From contig CP075493.1 of NCBI GenBank assembly GCA_021613535.1, forward strand, positions 930,001 to 994,000: a stretch of 64,000 bases of DNA. Reading direction: 5' to 3'. The notes beneath the pieces are model-generated. The model was not told the origin of the DNA, did not search any database, and saw only the letters and a list, made by a program, of their open reading frames with translations. Both the position numbers and the translations under genes were made by a program. The DNA comes from Adineta vaga. Its lineage: Eukaryota > Animalia > Rotifera. Shown here piece by piece: positions 23,529-36,871 of the stretch (the stretch's first letter is position 1; each line of letters begins with the position of its first letter).

Positions 23529-26274
23529 ATGACTCTATTCATATTCTATGTCAGTAATATCGTACAGAAATGCCGTGGAATACTTTGTCTACTTTTCTTC
23601 TTCATTTTTATTACAATTAGTAAAACTCAACAATTACCAACACTAAGAAGTGATTATGATACAATTAGTTCACGTTTGATTAGTAATGATTATCTAACAA
23701 TATCAGCCCAAAATGATTATACTTCTTATCTTGTTGTATTTGTTCCATATGGTCCTGAGAATACGTGCTTTTATTTATATAAATCTAAACAAGATTTTAT
23801 TTTAAGTATTGCTATGGGTCAAAATCAAACTTACTTTGTTTATATACGAACAAATGACAATAATACAGAAATTTTCGAAATAGGCGTATCTTATATAAAT
23901 AAAACAAATTGTCTACAAACTCGATCAAATGACGAAGAATTTCTTGTAAAACCTGTCAAATTTTCTTCTTACGTATTTGATACAATAGTATTAAAAGTTG
24001 ATCCAGCCGGTCAATATGCATATGTCTTTTTAAGAGAAAATGTATTTATATATGATATTCATAATGGAACTTTAATCAATATGTTATGGAGTAATGTTTT
24101 ACCTAATGTATTTCGCTTCTTTCCAAAAGATGCTGATATAACTGTAACTAAAGATGGCATTCAATTATGTTTATTAGTTGGTTATTATCCAGTATCAACA
24201 TCTTTACGAGTGCCAATGGTTTATCTACTTCATCTTGAACCTCCATCAAAAATAACTCTCATAGATCAAATAATACTTATCAATGATAGTTTTGCTAATT
24301 TCTTTTTTACTTATGGATATTATTTTGATTATGTTATGTCAATATCAATTGAACATCAGAGTCAACAAATTCTTGTTGCATTACCTTATTTTCATAAAAC
24401 ATTTCTATTGAAATTTAACAGTACAAATTTAACAGTAATCAAATCAATTTCAACACTAGCAAGAGCAGTTGGATGGATTGATAATGGAACACAAGCTGTT
24501 TTATTAATAAACAGTATTCCAACATTACCATGGGCAGCATCACAAATTCAAATTATTGATACTACTATGATGGAGATACAAAGTGCTATTCCTAATAATC
24601 AACAAAGAATTCCAGTTGAATCTGGTGAAAAAACAATGAGTTTTATTCGTTTAATTGTTACTAATGGTAAACCAATCATTTTCACCACTGACGGAATTGT
24701 TCTTTATGTTCCATCATCACCAGTTGGTCATTATATTGAAGTAATTCAAATAACACAAACAGTATCACAAATAAAACCATGCCCATCAGGAACTTTTAAG
24801 AATCGTATTGGTCCATATTCATGTGAAGTTTGTCCAACAGGATTTAAACAAATGTTTTCAAATAATTCTTTATCTGTCTGTCAACCTTGTTTATCTACAT
24901 CCTATTGTCCACTTGCATCAGTAAATGATGTTAATCAATCATATTATCCATCAATAAATCAAGGATATCCTTATCCAAATTCTCCTCCAAGTGATAGTTA
25001 TGATGATATTATTATACAAAATACATTTCAAATAAGTTCATCAAACAATCATTGTCTTCTTGTTTCTCCATTATTTTGGACTTTACTTGTTTTTGGAATC
25101 ATTGGAGTTATTTTATGTATTATGGGTATTCTTTATTGGCTACCAAATGGTAGAAAACATTTTACATGGTTAAAAACAGTATTTCGTCGAACAGATATTG
25201 TTGGTGAAGGTGAATTATGGTTTGGTGGTTTAGTATCATTTGCATTAATGGTTTTAATTATATTTGGATTTTGGTTTGGATCTGTTTATATAAAACAATA
25301 TCCAATTGAAAAAGCTGATGATACTTTTTTTACCTGTGATACATCATTAAAAAATGCAAAATTTTCTTCAACTTTACATTTATTAGCATTATTAAAAGCA
25401 CCAGAAGAAAAAGTAATTTTTCAATTATTAGATCAACAAAATTGGACATTAGTTGTCGATTTTATTCAAACGGGTTTTACATGTGAAGATATTATTGTTC
25501 AAGTATTAGAATTTCGAAAATCAATCATATTCTTATTTAATATCTTCTAGGGAAATATTGAATCATATCAAATCATTCTTCCAATAGCAAAATGTTTTCT
25601 TCAATCGGATAATGCTACACGTACTCTTGTTATTCCATTAAAAACTCATCTCATAAATGTACAATTTAATCTAACAGGTTGTTTTGTCTTTTATTTTTGT
25701 TTTTCAATCTATTTATGAAAATGTTTCTTTAGGAAATTCTTATATTGGTGCAAGTCGAATTTGTGTTTTAGGACCATCGATGAATCATAGTGCAAGTTAT
25801 TCATTTGTTCAACAACTTTCATTTTGTCAAATGATTTCGAATGATGATGAAACAATTTCTCAACGTACAAATGTAAAACTTGATTTTACGAAAGTTATCA
25901 ATCGAACGGAAAGTCTTTATGATAATGATCCGATTATTTTTAGTGGAATTTGGATTCCGACAATAACAATTAAATCATTGAATGATCGAATAGCTTATGA
26001 ACAACAAGGAAATTATATTCGATATTTATCATCTCAACAAATTCTTTCAATTGAATTTAGTGAAACGCAATTCTTTATTAAAAATATTCAAGAACCAATA
26101 GCAAAATCACGTGAAATTATTTTTCATAATATTCTTTTTTCAACTGTTTGTATTGAATTATTTGGTTTAGCATATTTATTATTCAAATTAGTTGTACTTC
26201 CAATGGCTCAATGGATTTTCGCTGAAATTATGAATCGATATTCAAAGAGAAAATCTTTCGAAGCAAAAATTTAA
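23529..26274 (+). CDS. Large membrane glycoprotein with a GCC2/GCC3 (ephrin-receptor-like) Cys-rich repeat and about three C-terminal TM helices; exons 23529-25502, 25551-25677, 25733-26274
   Basis: Hydrophobic N-terminus; CPSGTFKNRIGPYSCEVCPTG...CQPC...YCP; TM segments LFWTLLVFGIIGVILCIMGILYW, GLVSFALMVLIIFGFWFG, IELFGLAYLLFKLVVL. Splice phases are compatible. Confidence 0.8.
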
Positions 26275-26654
26275 CATCGTTAAATTTAGAAAACATGGAA
26301 AACAATAATGATGTCTTTTTTTTTGTTCTAATGAACTATTTTTAACAGACGAAGTTAATAATGAGAATGACGAATGGTTTTGAACTTATTTTTAATTGAA
26401 AACTTCCGAAACTTCTCTTCTTCGTCTTTAATTATCACCAAAAATATTTTTTCTTATACCTTCTAACAGTTTCCAATTAATATCATTTAATTGAATGACA
26501 AAAATAAAACTCTCTTTATATGTATTTGATTCATATTGTCAAAAAGAAATGATGAAATCTTTTTGAGTTACAAATAACTATAATATTCTTTTATCAATAC
26601 AGTCAGTTGAAAGTTAGACTCTGTGATGTTTTGTTGATTGATGAGAGAACAATG

Positions 26655-26680
<26 letters not shown>
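26655..26680. repeat. (GA)n microsatellite
   Basis: About 12-13 GA units seen directly. Confidence 0.9.
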
Positions 26681-26685
<5 letters not shown>

Positions 26686-26854
26686 TTTGAAGCATAAACA
26701 TTTTCCTATATGAAGTTTTTCTATGTATATGTGCATGACGCAAGAATCTCAGTCTTATAGAAATAACTCAAACATTCCAGTCAAATACACGTAACTAATG
26801 GCGGAATACCATGACACCTCGTAATGTAAATAAAAAGTAGAATTCGATTGAATA

Positions 26855-27262
26855 CGATCACAGACACCATAGTTAAGTATTTGAGCTTTTAGCATGGGGT
26901 TGCTTTCAATGTATGTAATTGTAGATTAGTAGCAACACATAAATTAGCACCAGTATAATCGTCATCGATAGCGATTCGAAATGGACCAATATGGTACTTA
27001 AGACAATATTTCCTTCACTTGATAAATTATAATCAAATACTAACTACAATAAAATCTGTACGATCTATATATTTTCGCATAAGTCGATCATGTGTATTGA
27101 GATTAAATAAATAATGTTCAACCACCACTGTGTGTATAGATATAACCAAGTGTAATAGAATGCATAGATTTACGTGGTGGATAGTATAGATACGAATCTG
27201 TGTTGAATAACTAATAACACGTATATCATCGATTCATGGCAGTATTGGTCCTATTCCGATAA
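26855..27262 (-). pseudogene. Second, more decayed copy of the HSL esterase pseudogene at 9678-10496
   Basis: Nucleotide blocks shared with 9822-10255, e.g. GACACCATAGTTAAGTATTTGAG, AGATTAGTAGCAACACATAAATTAGCACCAG, GATAGCGATTCGAAATGGA, TCGATCATGTGTATT. Confidence 0.85.
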
Positions 27263-27624
27263 CAAGTGAAAGATAACTATATTACATAAAATATTCTTAT
27301 ATTACGTGAGAATTTATGTACTTATATATAAGTTTCTTTGGTGGACGACGAGGAAGAAATAAACGCAAAGAGTAGTTCTATCAGTATGAACATCTCTCCA
27401 ATAAAAAATCATCATAATAGATTCTGATAAAAATTATTTTACAGATCGTTGTCAACTCGGTTTTAATACCCTTAATCAATCATTAGACATTTTTCTTTTT
27501 GAGTTGATAAAACTGATAGAAATGTTTCTAGCCAGTTTTATGCTAATATTTATTAACAAAAAGATGAGAATTTAATTGTTAACTAGCATATACTCTTACT
27601 CAGAACAAAAAAGAAAAGGATTGT

Positions 27625-28803
27625 TTAAGGCCATGAATGCATTCTTATACCCATTTGTCTTAATTGAGTGAAAAGTCTATAAGTATCTTTCAATTCACCT
27701 GGTGGTGTACTCCAATACGGTCTCATTTCTTGAATTGAAACATGCATTTCAAAGAACATTTCATCAATTAATGATGATATAGATGTATTTTTCAAAACTT
27801 GTTGCATAAGTTCCATTTCTAATGTTGGCGTATCAATATCAAGTTTAATAATAACATAATCATCATTTTTCGCGATTCTTTTTAATATATTCCATGGATT
27901 TAATTTACCATTTGATTCAACTCCAATAGGAATATAAGTTAATATTCCCATAAGATCATCAGGTATCTGTTTCCAATATATGTCCGATGGATAATTAGCG
28001 CGATCGAATGCAATAATACGATCAAAATGTAATGAATGTAAACGAAAATATTCATAAAACCATCGTGCACCTGTTAATGAACTTGAACCTGTATCATTGG
28101 TTGTTCCTTTAAAAAGTGAACAACCAATGTCAAAAAGAATCTTTTGTGAACCTTGACGATAAAGCCATGGAGCAATTGATTTATCTGATGATTGATAATT
28201 TTGATAGGGTGCTGATGGACCAAGAAGAAAGAAACGTTTTGATTGCATTGCAACTTCATCATTTATTTGAAGATTCAATGGAATATTATTAAAAGAACAT
28301 ATTGTTAAAGGATCACGTAAGAGACCAATAAGTGGTTCAATATATTGACAAACAAGTTGATTTGTTGGAGATCGATAACAAATTTTTGAGAAAAGTTCAT
28401 CATATTTATTTGATTGAAGATATTGATGAAAAATTTCCTTTTGAAAATCAATTATATAATTTAATGTTTGAATACTTTTCTTCATTTCATTTAATTCGGA
28501 TAATGTCGGACAAATTTTATCTTGTAATTTAGTTATATTTGTATACCAAAACAATTCCCATGAACTTGTAGAATAATGATCGAATTTCCATTGAAAATCA
28601 TCGAATAGAAAAGTTTCTACAAGATAAGAAAATCAATCAATTCATGGAAAATAAAATACTTATGAAATACTTGAATTGAATTTTGAATATTCAACATTAT
28701 TATATACTAACATACAAAGTACAATGACAAAACCAGCCAATAATATTGAATAAACTAAAAAATACCGATTAATATTTTTAAAACCTATTTTTCAGTCTTA
28801 CAT
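27625..28803 (-). CDS. FkbM-like (Methyltransf_21) SAM-dependent methyltransferase-fold protein, type II membrane; 5' end possibly inactivated
   Basis: ILFDIG (motif I), YVIIKLDIDTP.LE, LIDEMFFEMH. Intron 28670-28617 joins an upstream TM exon whose ATG (28803) is followed by TAA GAC TGA. Confidence 0.6.
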
Positions 28804-30156
28804 GAATGTTTTCTCATATATTGATTTTTCTCAGTTATTCAACAAGTTACTTTTATGTACATGATAGAAAAAGTAATATTCTGATTAGAAGAAACGCGGA
28901 ATGTTAAAATGTGATTACATTTTAGTTCCACGACTGAAAAGAAATTTTTTTTTTAAATTTAAAGAGAATAGAAAAAAAGTTGTCAAATAACTCGATCAAC
29001 AGTTTAAAATTGAAAAATAATATTTGATTTTATTATATTTTATACAAATATGTTGAACATAGAATTCATTTTAGGATATAAATATATCTTAAATTTTTAC
29101 TACATTCATTAGAATGTTAGTGAATAGAGAGAAACGTAAAACTATTCATTTAAATATAAGTTAGAAAGAAAAAAAGTTGCAATAATTATATATGACTAGA
29201 AAGTCATTTACTTGATGTGATGATATTGAACTTCATTTATTAGAGTTCTATTTGTTATTGCAGTATCGTGTAGATATACGTAATGAATAAATAAAAAAGA
29301 ATATGAGTAAAAAATGCGACTAATTCCCCTTTTATAGTCTTCATATATGCCCTTATTGGTTATAATTATATTCTTCAAAGGAAAAGATTTCCATATTTTT
29401 TTGAAAAAGAATGAGTTTGTCTAAAATTTATATATTCATAAGTGTTCTCTTGAAGAGAAAAGAAAAAGATTGAATTGAAAATCATTTCTAAACAAGCAAG
29501 ATATCATGCAAATACTAAAACATATGTTATGATAAGAAAAATGAATTAGAATTGAATACAGAAATCAAAGATCATCTTTAAATCACTAAATCATTTTTAT
29601 CTCGTACTTCTTATACGTGCCATCTAGCGTATCGTATATCTAATAATCAGAGCAGGAAGAGACTATAATGCTAGAAAATAATGTTACTGACGATTACTGA
29701 ATGTCTAAGAAATTCTTATACTAACAGAAAATAATCACTTTTCTAAATGAATTTCCTCATTGGTCGTACCTCGTTTTGTAAATCTTTCTTTTGGTTATAT
29801 AATATAACTCTGTGGTCGGGGTTGATAAGTGTTTCTTCTTTCTGTCTTTTTATACTTAATATATCATATTTACTTTTTTCGCTGTCAGATTTTCAACTCT
29901 ATTTTTGATACATCATACCTTTTGATTTATTCTTTCTGAATGTTTAGTCACCAGCATAAATGCTCGACAATGTACGTATCAGATTATTTTCTATTCATAC
30001 ATCTTAATCGTCCAGTATGTTTTCTTTGTTAATATTCTTTTCGCCGTTTATTCTTTCGTCCTTCTTCATTTTTCTCCGTCATTTCCAGTTTCGATCTTTA
30101 TCCAACCATTCTTTTATATCTCACATAACTGACATATTGTTTTACTTCGAGAATTT

Positions 30157-31428
30157 ATGATTAACTTGAACATGCATTCCATGGTGTCACGTTCATTGTC
30201 GTATTGTGCAAAGAATTCATTGAAAAGCCGTAATGTTCTTATAGTGGGTGCCGGTATTGCTGGTCCTACTTTGGCATATTTTCTTCAGCGTTTCGGCGCT
30301 CACCCTGTGGTACTTGAACGTGCACCACAACTGCGAACAACTGGACAAACAATAGATGTACGCGATGCAGGAAGAGAAGTTGTTCGACGTATGGATATCG
30401 ATCGTACAATTCGTCAAAGAAGCACTAAAGAAGAAGGAGTGGCCATTGTCGACAGCGCTGGACGTACACGAGCCGCATTTGGTGTGGAAAGCTTTGGTGG
30501 ACAAGGTTTCGTCGCCGAGATTGAAATACTTCGCGGTGAACTAGTAAACATACTCTATGAACGGACTCGTGATCATGTCGAGTATATCTTTGGTGATCAC
30601 CCTTTATCGATCAATGATCATGAAGATCATGTGCAAGTTACGTTCGCTAGCGGTAATATACGCAAGTTCGACATGGTCATCGGTGCTGATGGCATGCGAT
30701 CGAAGACACGTCGTCTTGTCTTCGAAGACAAATCTCCCATTCATCATCTAAATATGTATATTGCATATTTTACTATTCCGTACAGTCAGTCCGATGGGAC
30801 TTGGTCACGGTGGTACAATGCTCCTGGAGGGCGATCGGTTGTGATTCGTCCAGATAATCAAGGCACGACCCGTGCACTGCTTTCATTTCGTGAAGCACAC
30901 CGTAGTTATGAAGATCTCGACATAGATCAGCAAAAACAACTTCTACAAAACGTTTTTGCAGATGCAGGTTTTGAAACACCTCGAGTACTAAGTGGACTGA
31001 AGAATGCAGACGATTTCTATTTTGAAGCTCTTGGACAAGTTAAGTTGGATCAATGGTCTCGAGGACGAGTTGCCTTGTTGGGTGACGCTGGTTATTGTGC
31101 TTCACCAATCAGTGGTATGGGGACAACTCTAGCTTTTATTGGCGCTTATATCCTTGCCGGTGAGATGAGTCGTCATCAAAATCATACGGAAGCCTTTAGA
31201 CAATACGAAGCGCTGATGCGTCCATACGTTATCAAAGCACAGAAAATACTTCCCGGGTCTACTCGCATTGCTGCACCACAAACTCGGACTGGCATTGCGC
31301 TCAGAAATACTTTATTGGGCTTGGTAGCTAAACCTGCCGTTACCGGACTTATCACAAAACTCACTCAATCAAAGACGGTTGAAAAAGTGACGTTGCCAGA
31401 TTACGAGAATATTTTGGCTCAACAATAA
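30157..31428 (+). CDS. Group A FAD-dependent monooxygenase (FAD_binding_3), microbial type, intronless
   Basis: GAGIAG Rossmann motif, IGADGMRS (DG motif), ALLGDAGYCASPISGMG (GD motif). 423 aa, visibly GC-richer than its flanks. Confidence 0.93.
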   Translation: MINLNMHSMVSRSLSYCAKNSLKSRNVLIVGAGIAGPTLAYFLQRFGAHPVVLERAPQLRTTGQTIDVRDAGREVVRRMDIDRTIRQRSTKEEGVAIVDSAGRTRAAFGVESFGGQGFVAEIEILRGELVNILYERTRDHVEYIFGDHPLSINDHEDHVQVTFASGNIRKFDMVIGADGMRSKTRRLVFEDKSPIHHLNMYIAYFTIPYSQSDGTWSRWYNAPGGRSVVIRPDNQGTTRALLSFREAHRSYEDLDIDQQKQLLQNVFADAGFETPRVLSGLKNADDFYFEALGQVKLDQWSRGRVALLGDAGYCASPISGMGTTLAFIGAYILAGEMSRHQNHTEAFRQYEALMRPYVIKAQKILPGSTRIAAPQTRTGIALRNTLLGLVAKPAVTGLITKLTQSKTVEKVTLPDYENILAQQ

Positions 31429-33078
31429 GAATGTGGGTGTAAGAGTTAAATATACTATATCATCTACTCTTCCTAGAATGTTGTATTGTCATTGTTGAGA
31501 AGTTCAAAAATGGGTTTTTTGTTCAATAAAAAACAGAAGCATTTTTCTTCTTACTATTATTTGGAGGGTGTTGGTGAAGTATTCGTCTCTTACTTACACC
31601 TACAATTCAGCAATCGAAACTGAATATTGCGAAAGGAAAAAAGTGAGTTTGAACGAAGGACCGATTTCACTGGTTATCACTCTCCTTCTTTGCTTATTTT
31701 AATCTTATAAAGATTATGTCTATATGAAGTCAACCGCAGCTTTCTTTAGCTTACGTATTGATTTCACTTCCTACACTATTATACCAGAAATATAAACAAA
31801 AAATTGAGAATGATAAAAAGAACTTAGATTCATTTCATTAAATAACAATTGAAGATGTTGTTCAACCTTGTCGAATCAAGCATCTTTATAAAAAAAACAA
31901 TCATTCTAGTGTACGATGTTGAAAATTGCTTAACCAATTCTTTCCTAGGTATCAGTTTAGATCAGTTATTCGATAACATACAAAACATAGCCGGAAATTT
32001 TTAGTGAAATTATATATTCACACCCGAAAGACGGTATGGATGAATACCATAGGATTTTGTCATTTTCGGCTAAAAAATATAAATACTTTTTTATTTTATT
32101 TTGAAATAATTGATAGAACAAATTATAGAGCAATAGCGAACACTCGGTCAGCTCGAATAATATATGATGTTGAATCTTTTCCATGTGCTAATAGAAATAA
32201 GGTATAGACACCATAGCAACTCGCCAACATCCATCAATATGACGATAGAAGAAATCCAAATCACTATAAGAGGATAGTGTTTGACTAATCATGTTCAGCG
32301 TCGATAGTTGGAAGATATTCTAGTCGAAATGAATCAATAATAAAATTAAATCATCTTGCCGTTTTATTTGATGTAATTCTTTGGTATTTTATAGTGATAT
32401 AATCATAGAAGTTAAATAAAGATTTCTTCCGTTCTCTTATTTCATCTCAATAAGTGTTTATGAAGAATTAATCATCATATATGACGATTAGAATAATACG
32501 ATAAGCTGTTATCTCAGTAAATTTGATACTTAATTTATTCAAGATGAGGATTCGTTTTATTTCACTGTTAAAATATCCGTAATTAATAATGTTTTTACAA
32601 TAATACTATCCCATTGCGTTTCCTTTGTTATGCCATGAAAGAACAATGTAACAGATTGTTTTCACGTGAAAATCGAAACAAAGAATGACTCATCTATTTC
32701 GAAAAGAAACAGAACGTAGTAGAAAATTATATAAAGGCTTGTTGGAAAAAACCAAGCATTTTATGTGTGGGGAAAATTGACTAATACTATCCATATATAA
32801 ATTCAAGCTATGAAGGTAGGATCATTTCTTTTAGTTCTTAACGTTGTAAATCAAAACACAAATCTATTTGATCAACATCAATACGATACTGACTGGTAAA
32901 TAACACATCTTTTTTTAACTTTTTCTAATTCGATCTTCTCTGAATAATGAAATCAATGAGAAATTCTTTCTTTTAATATTCCGTGACCGTGAGATTCAGA
33001 TTCCCAAGTGAAAAGATGTACATTCTACCTAATATACTACTATTTACCATTAGTTTTGCTATCAGTTGAAGAAGTAAG

Positions 33079-34861
33079 ATGGATATGGCTTTCATTGACG
33101 AAATGTATAACATTCATACACCAACATTATTGGATCTAAATAACCAAGGTCAGTAAGCTACTGTCATATCAATAAAATAATTATTTCATTATCCTATACT
33201 CATATAGAGCCTAGTTTAGACATTGATGGATTATCAATAGAAGGTACAGTAGAATTTACTTCAGAAAAACAGACTCTTTATAATATTTTTAGACGACGAT
33301 GATGTTACCGTGAATGATGCTAACGTATCACCACCAACCAACTTTACTAATATAATAGACAGCAACGATGATACTCCTGTTTCGAGCACGTATCCAACAG
33401 ATTCGTCCGACGGTATGGTCTTCTTTTGATAGTTAATTCATCTAACGTAGACTGGTTTTGTTTTCTAAGACGACATCCTCAAAATATTGCATGATATTGT
33501 ATTAGATATTGCTGCGTGTGTGCCAAACTTACAAGAGGTATCAACAAGTTCAACATCAACCTCGTCATGCAGCAACCATGATCAGAATATTTGTCATACA
33601 AAGAAAAAACAACAAGTTATCAAATCGACGGTGAAATACTTTAGAATACGTTTTTTGATCTGTGAATTCATTTTTTTCAAATAACAGGATATTGTAGAAC
33701 CTCCAAACTTCTCGAACGGATCTGAAGATCAAATGATAAATCTTCAGATTACAAATACAATCAACGTACGCGTACAACCGGGTCCCGATCAGCACGTACG
33801 TTATGAAAAAGAATGTATCAAAACAACTCGTTATACTAAAGCAACCGATGGTAAACCGATTACAATTGATGTAAGTATTGATTAAATTCTTCTATTATTA
33901 TTGTTGTCTCTATTTAAAACAATTAAGCTAACCCAAATGATTGATCATCTGAATTTATGTCGCGAACACGGATGTATTCCTTGGGTTCGAACTACACGCA
34001 CGACTGTCGATAAATCTGGCGTTTTTTTGGTTCATCCATATCCAATATGGATGAAAAACAAGAAAGCCAAAGCTCATGGTGGTTCATTATATACTGAAAT
34101 TACGGAAGATGATATCTCCAAGGGATATATTGAGTAAGTAATTGTCAAAGATAATAATGATATTCTTTTCTCTCTTCGCAGAATGGAAAATTTGATCATA
34201 GTCACGTTGAAGCAAGACATATTAGAAAGAACTGACCGATTTACTATTTATGATTCGTCGAAGGTCGTTTTCACCGGTAATATGTCATAAAAATTCGTTG
34301 TTTCAACTTTTTTTATGACATTCTGATAACAGATGCTTGCTTCCCATGCGCAATCACTGCGAAAAATATGATAGAGCAATACCAGCTTTCTCAATCAGTA
34401 CTACACTTTCAAATAATGCTCAGTGATGCAAATAACATACTCTATCCGACTAATTCTTGCTGCGAAACAGTAACACTAACAGACTATACAGGTAAATTAT
34501 ATCTTGTATATTTAAGATACTAAGTGACATGAGATTACGTAAAGCTATTTTCAAAATTTAAAGGAAAAAAACCTCGTCAGTCTGAATCGGAAATAATTGA
34601 ACATCTACCGACCAGCAGTGGTAGTGATGCAAATCAATCTGTTCAACAAACTCGATCACGATCTCAAAAACGTAAAGCAAGTGACAAAAAAACGGAGACA
34701 GCTGCGGTGAGATTTTTACTGATTAAATTTATTTCGTGTTCCTATTAAGTCTCCCGCAGAAAAACTTATCTTTCTATCTCTCCTTTTCTTTGCAGACAGC
34801 TTCAAAGAAAATCAAGCTTTCAAAAAAGTCATCTTCGTTACGAAAATCAGGCCATACCTAA
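33079..34861 (+). CDS. Multi-exon nuclear protein with a divergent Rel-homology (NF-kB/NFAT-like) DNA-binding domain
   Basis: About 10 short exons with GT-AG introns. INVRVQPGPDQHVRYEKE resembles the RHD QP..RxRYxxE loop; also LVHPY, ENLII, YQLSQSVLHFQ. Basic C-terminal NLS-like tracts QKRKASDKK and SKKIK. Confidence 0.6.
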
Positions 34862-36871
34862 TCATATAACATAAGAACTGTTTATCAATACATTCATATT
34901 AATCCGGAATAATTAAAATAATAATCGAAAATTTTAGAAAACAACTTGTAACAGAAATGTATCAACTATGAACAATTTGAATTTTCATGTAATCCTTGCC
35001 ATTTAAAATAAAATTAATATTCTTCTTCGCCATACTGTTGCTTTTGTTCTTATGAATTAGAGTTTTCCAGTGGTATGTGACACTTGAAAAAAGGAAGACG
35101 GAATAAAGCCGTCGAAATTCTATTCGGCTATATTCCATCTTCCTTTTTTCAAGACGATTTTCCACAAAAAAAACTCATTGCGTGATGGTTTGACATGCTT
35201 GTGAATAGGTAGTAGTAAATTTCGCTTGCCGAGGAAAATCTCTTACGAGATATCCACAGGGTCCTGTTGCTGTTGTCAGTTACAGGAGGCGCCCCTGAGC
35301 TGTCGGTAGCCATTTTCTTTCAAGAATCGAATGAATCCACTCCTTCACGAAACTAACGGAAGTTTGTAGAAAAGGGGAAAAATAGGCGTTCTACTTTTGT
35401 ATTGTTCATTGGTTTTATTCCGTTTTCCTTACGCAAAAAATCAGGCCATACCTAACAATTTAATAGAAGGCGTGTTAAGAAATACACTGCTGATGGCTTG
35501 ATTTTGAATACCATGATCAAAACCTATGGCAAATAGTTTCATTAATCAGACTATTTTGGTTGTGCAATATGGATTAATATTACACTATGGCAATGGAATT
35601 TCAAAGATATTGATTTTCTTAGACATTTTTCTGAGGTTTATAATTGAGGTTAATATTTTATTTTTGTATTTTGCAAATAAAAAGAATAAGTTAATTTTTT
35701 CGATCTTATTATCAATCACACGACTACGCAATACTGATACAGATATCTATCATGTTCTTTGAGTGTGTTGTATAAAGCAGAGTACTTTACAAATACAACA
35801 TCATTATTTGTTATTGTTTGTAAAAACGGTTTTTAATGGTGAAATTTATAGGCCAAGATGATGGAGGCTGTTTTTTCCTGAGTCTAAAAAACGATCATAA
35901 TCAGTGAAAAAAGATCCGATGATTCTCTCAAACCGTAATCTATTTCAAACACAAATTTTGACAAACATTTTTGTAGACTTGATATCCGTGCAAAATACAT
36001 TTATACTTCGAATCAAATCAAAACATCACCACTATAAAGCTATAAATATTTTCTTTGTGCAAATTCAGTAGAACTTTCGACGGCGTGTCTTTTATAGATC
36101 AGAAGGTATCGTTATTGTTCTCAGTTTTATAAAAATCATAGAAAACAATTTTCCTCGTCTTTTAAGAAATTCCTTTTTTTGATGATTTTTCATTAAATCA
36201 GGTTTTTTTATTCTCCTGAAATTTAATTTCCAGACAAACCTATGATTTTTAGTTTAACAACATTATAACAAATCATTGACGTCAATTTAGAAAATGTTCC
36301 TAATTTCTTTCTTTATTTTGATTAAAAGTATACTAATTCATACGCCGTTCTATATCCTATCATAGATAAAAGATTTGTAAATTCTATCAATTCAAAAACT
36401 TAACGAACAGAAATGGTTCAATGATTTGCGCGAACAATCTGAAGTTAAATGATGAGTGAGATGGTATAGTTGTTAGTGCCTATATCGTATAGAGATAATC
36501 ACTTTTTCGACTAATTAATGCAATGCGATAAGCATTTATGTATAGTTCTGCGTGAGTTTTCTTTATTTCTAAAAAAAAAGATTGAATAAGTCAAATTAAA
36601 AAGAGATGCATTGTCTCAGTCCTTTTTCATTTCTCTGTTTTTAATCAGATATTCTTGAATTCTATATATCATTATTAACGAAACCTTTCTTTCAGTTTAA
36701 TTCATACGTACACCCACACCCAATAATATTCCATTAAACTTGTAGTATATAAAATCGAATACTCAAATGAAGATTGAATCTTAATCATCTGGACGAATTA
36801 ATGATGAGTGATTATTTGAAATTAATGGAAATGATGAATTATTTTTTGAATTACTCACAAAACGACTCTTT

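Noticed and set aside
30217-31364. Antisense and alternate-frame ORFs over the monooxygenase (similar ones over the DUF4394 and 37462 genes)
   Set aside because: Shadow ORFs expected from the codon bias of the real gene.
31900-32750. Possible decayed coding sequence
   Set aside because: No family motif could be identified with confidence.
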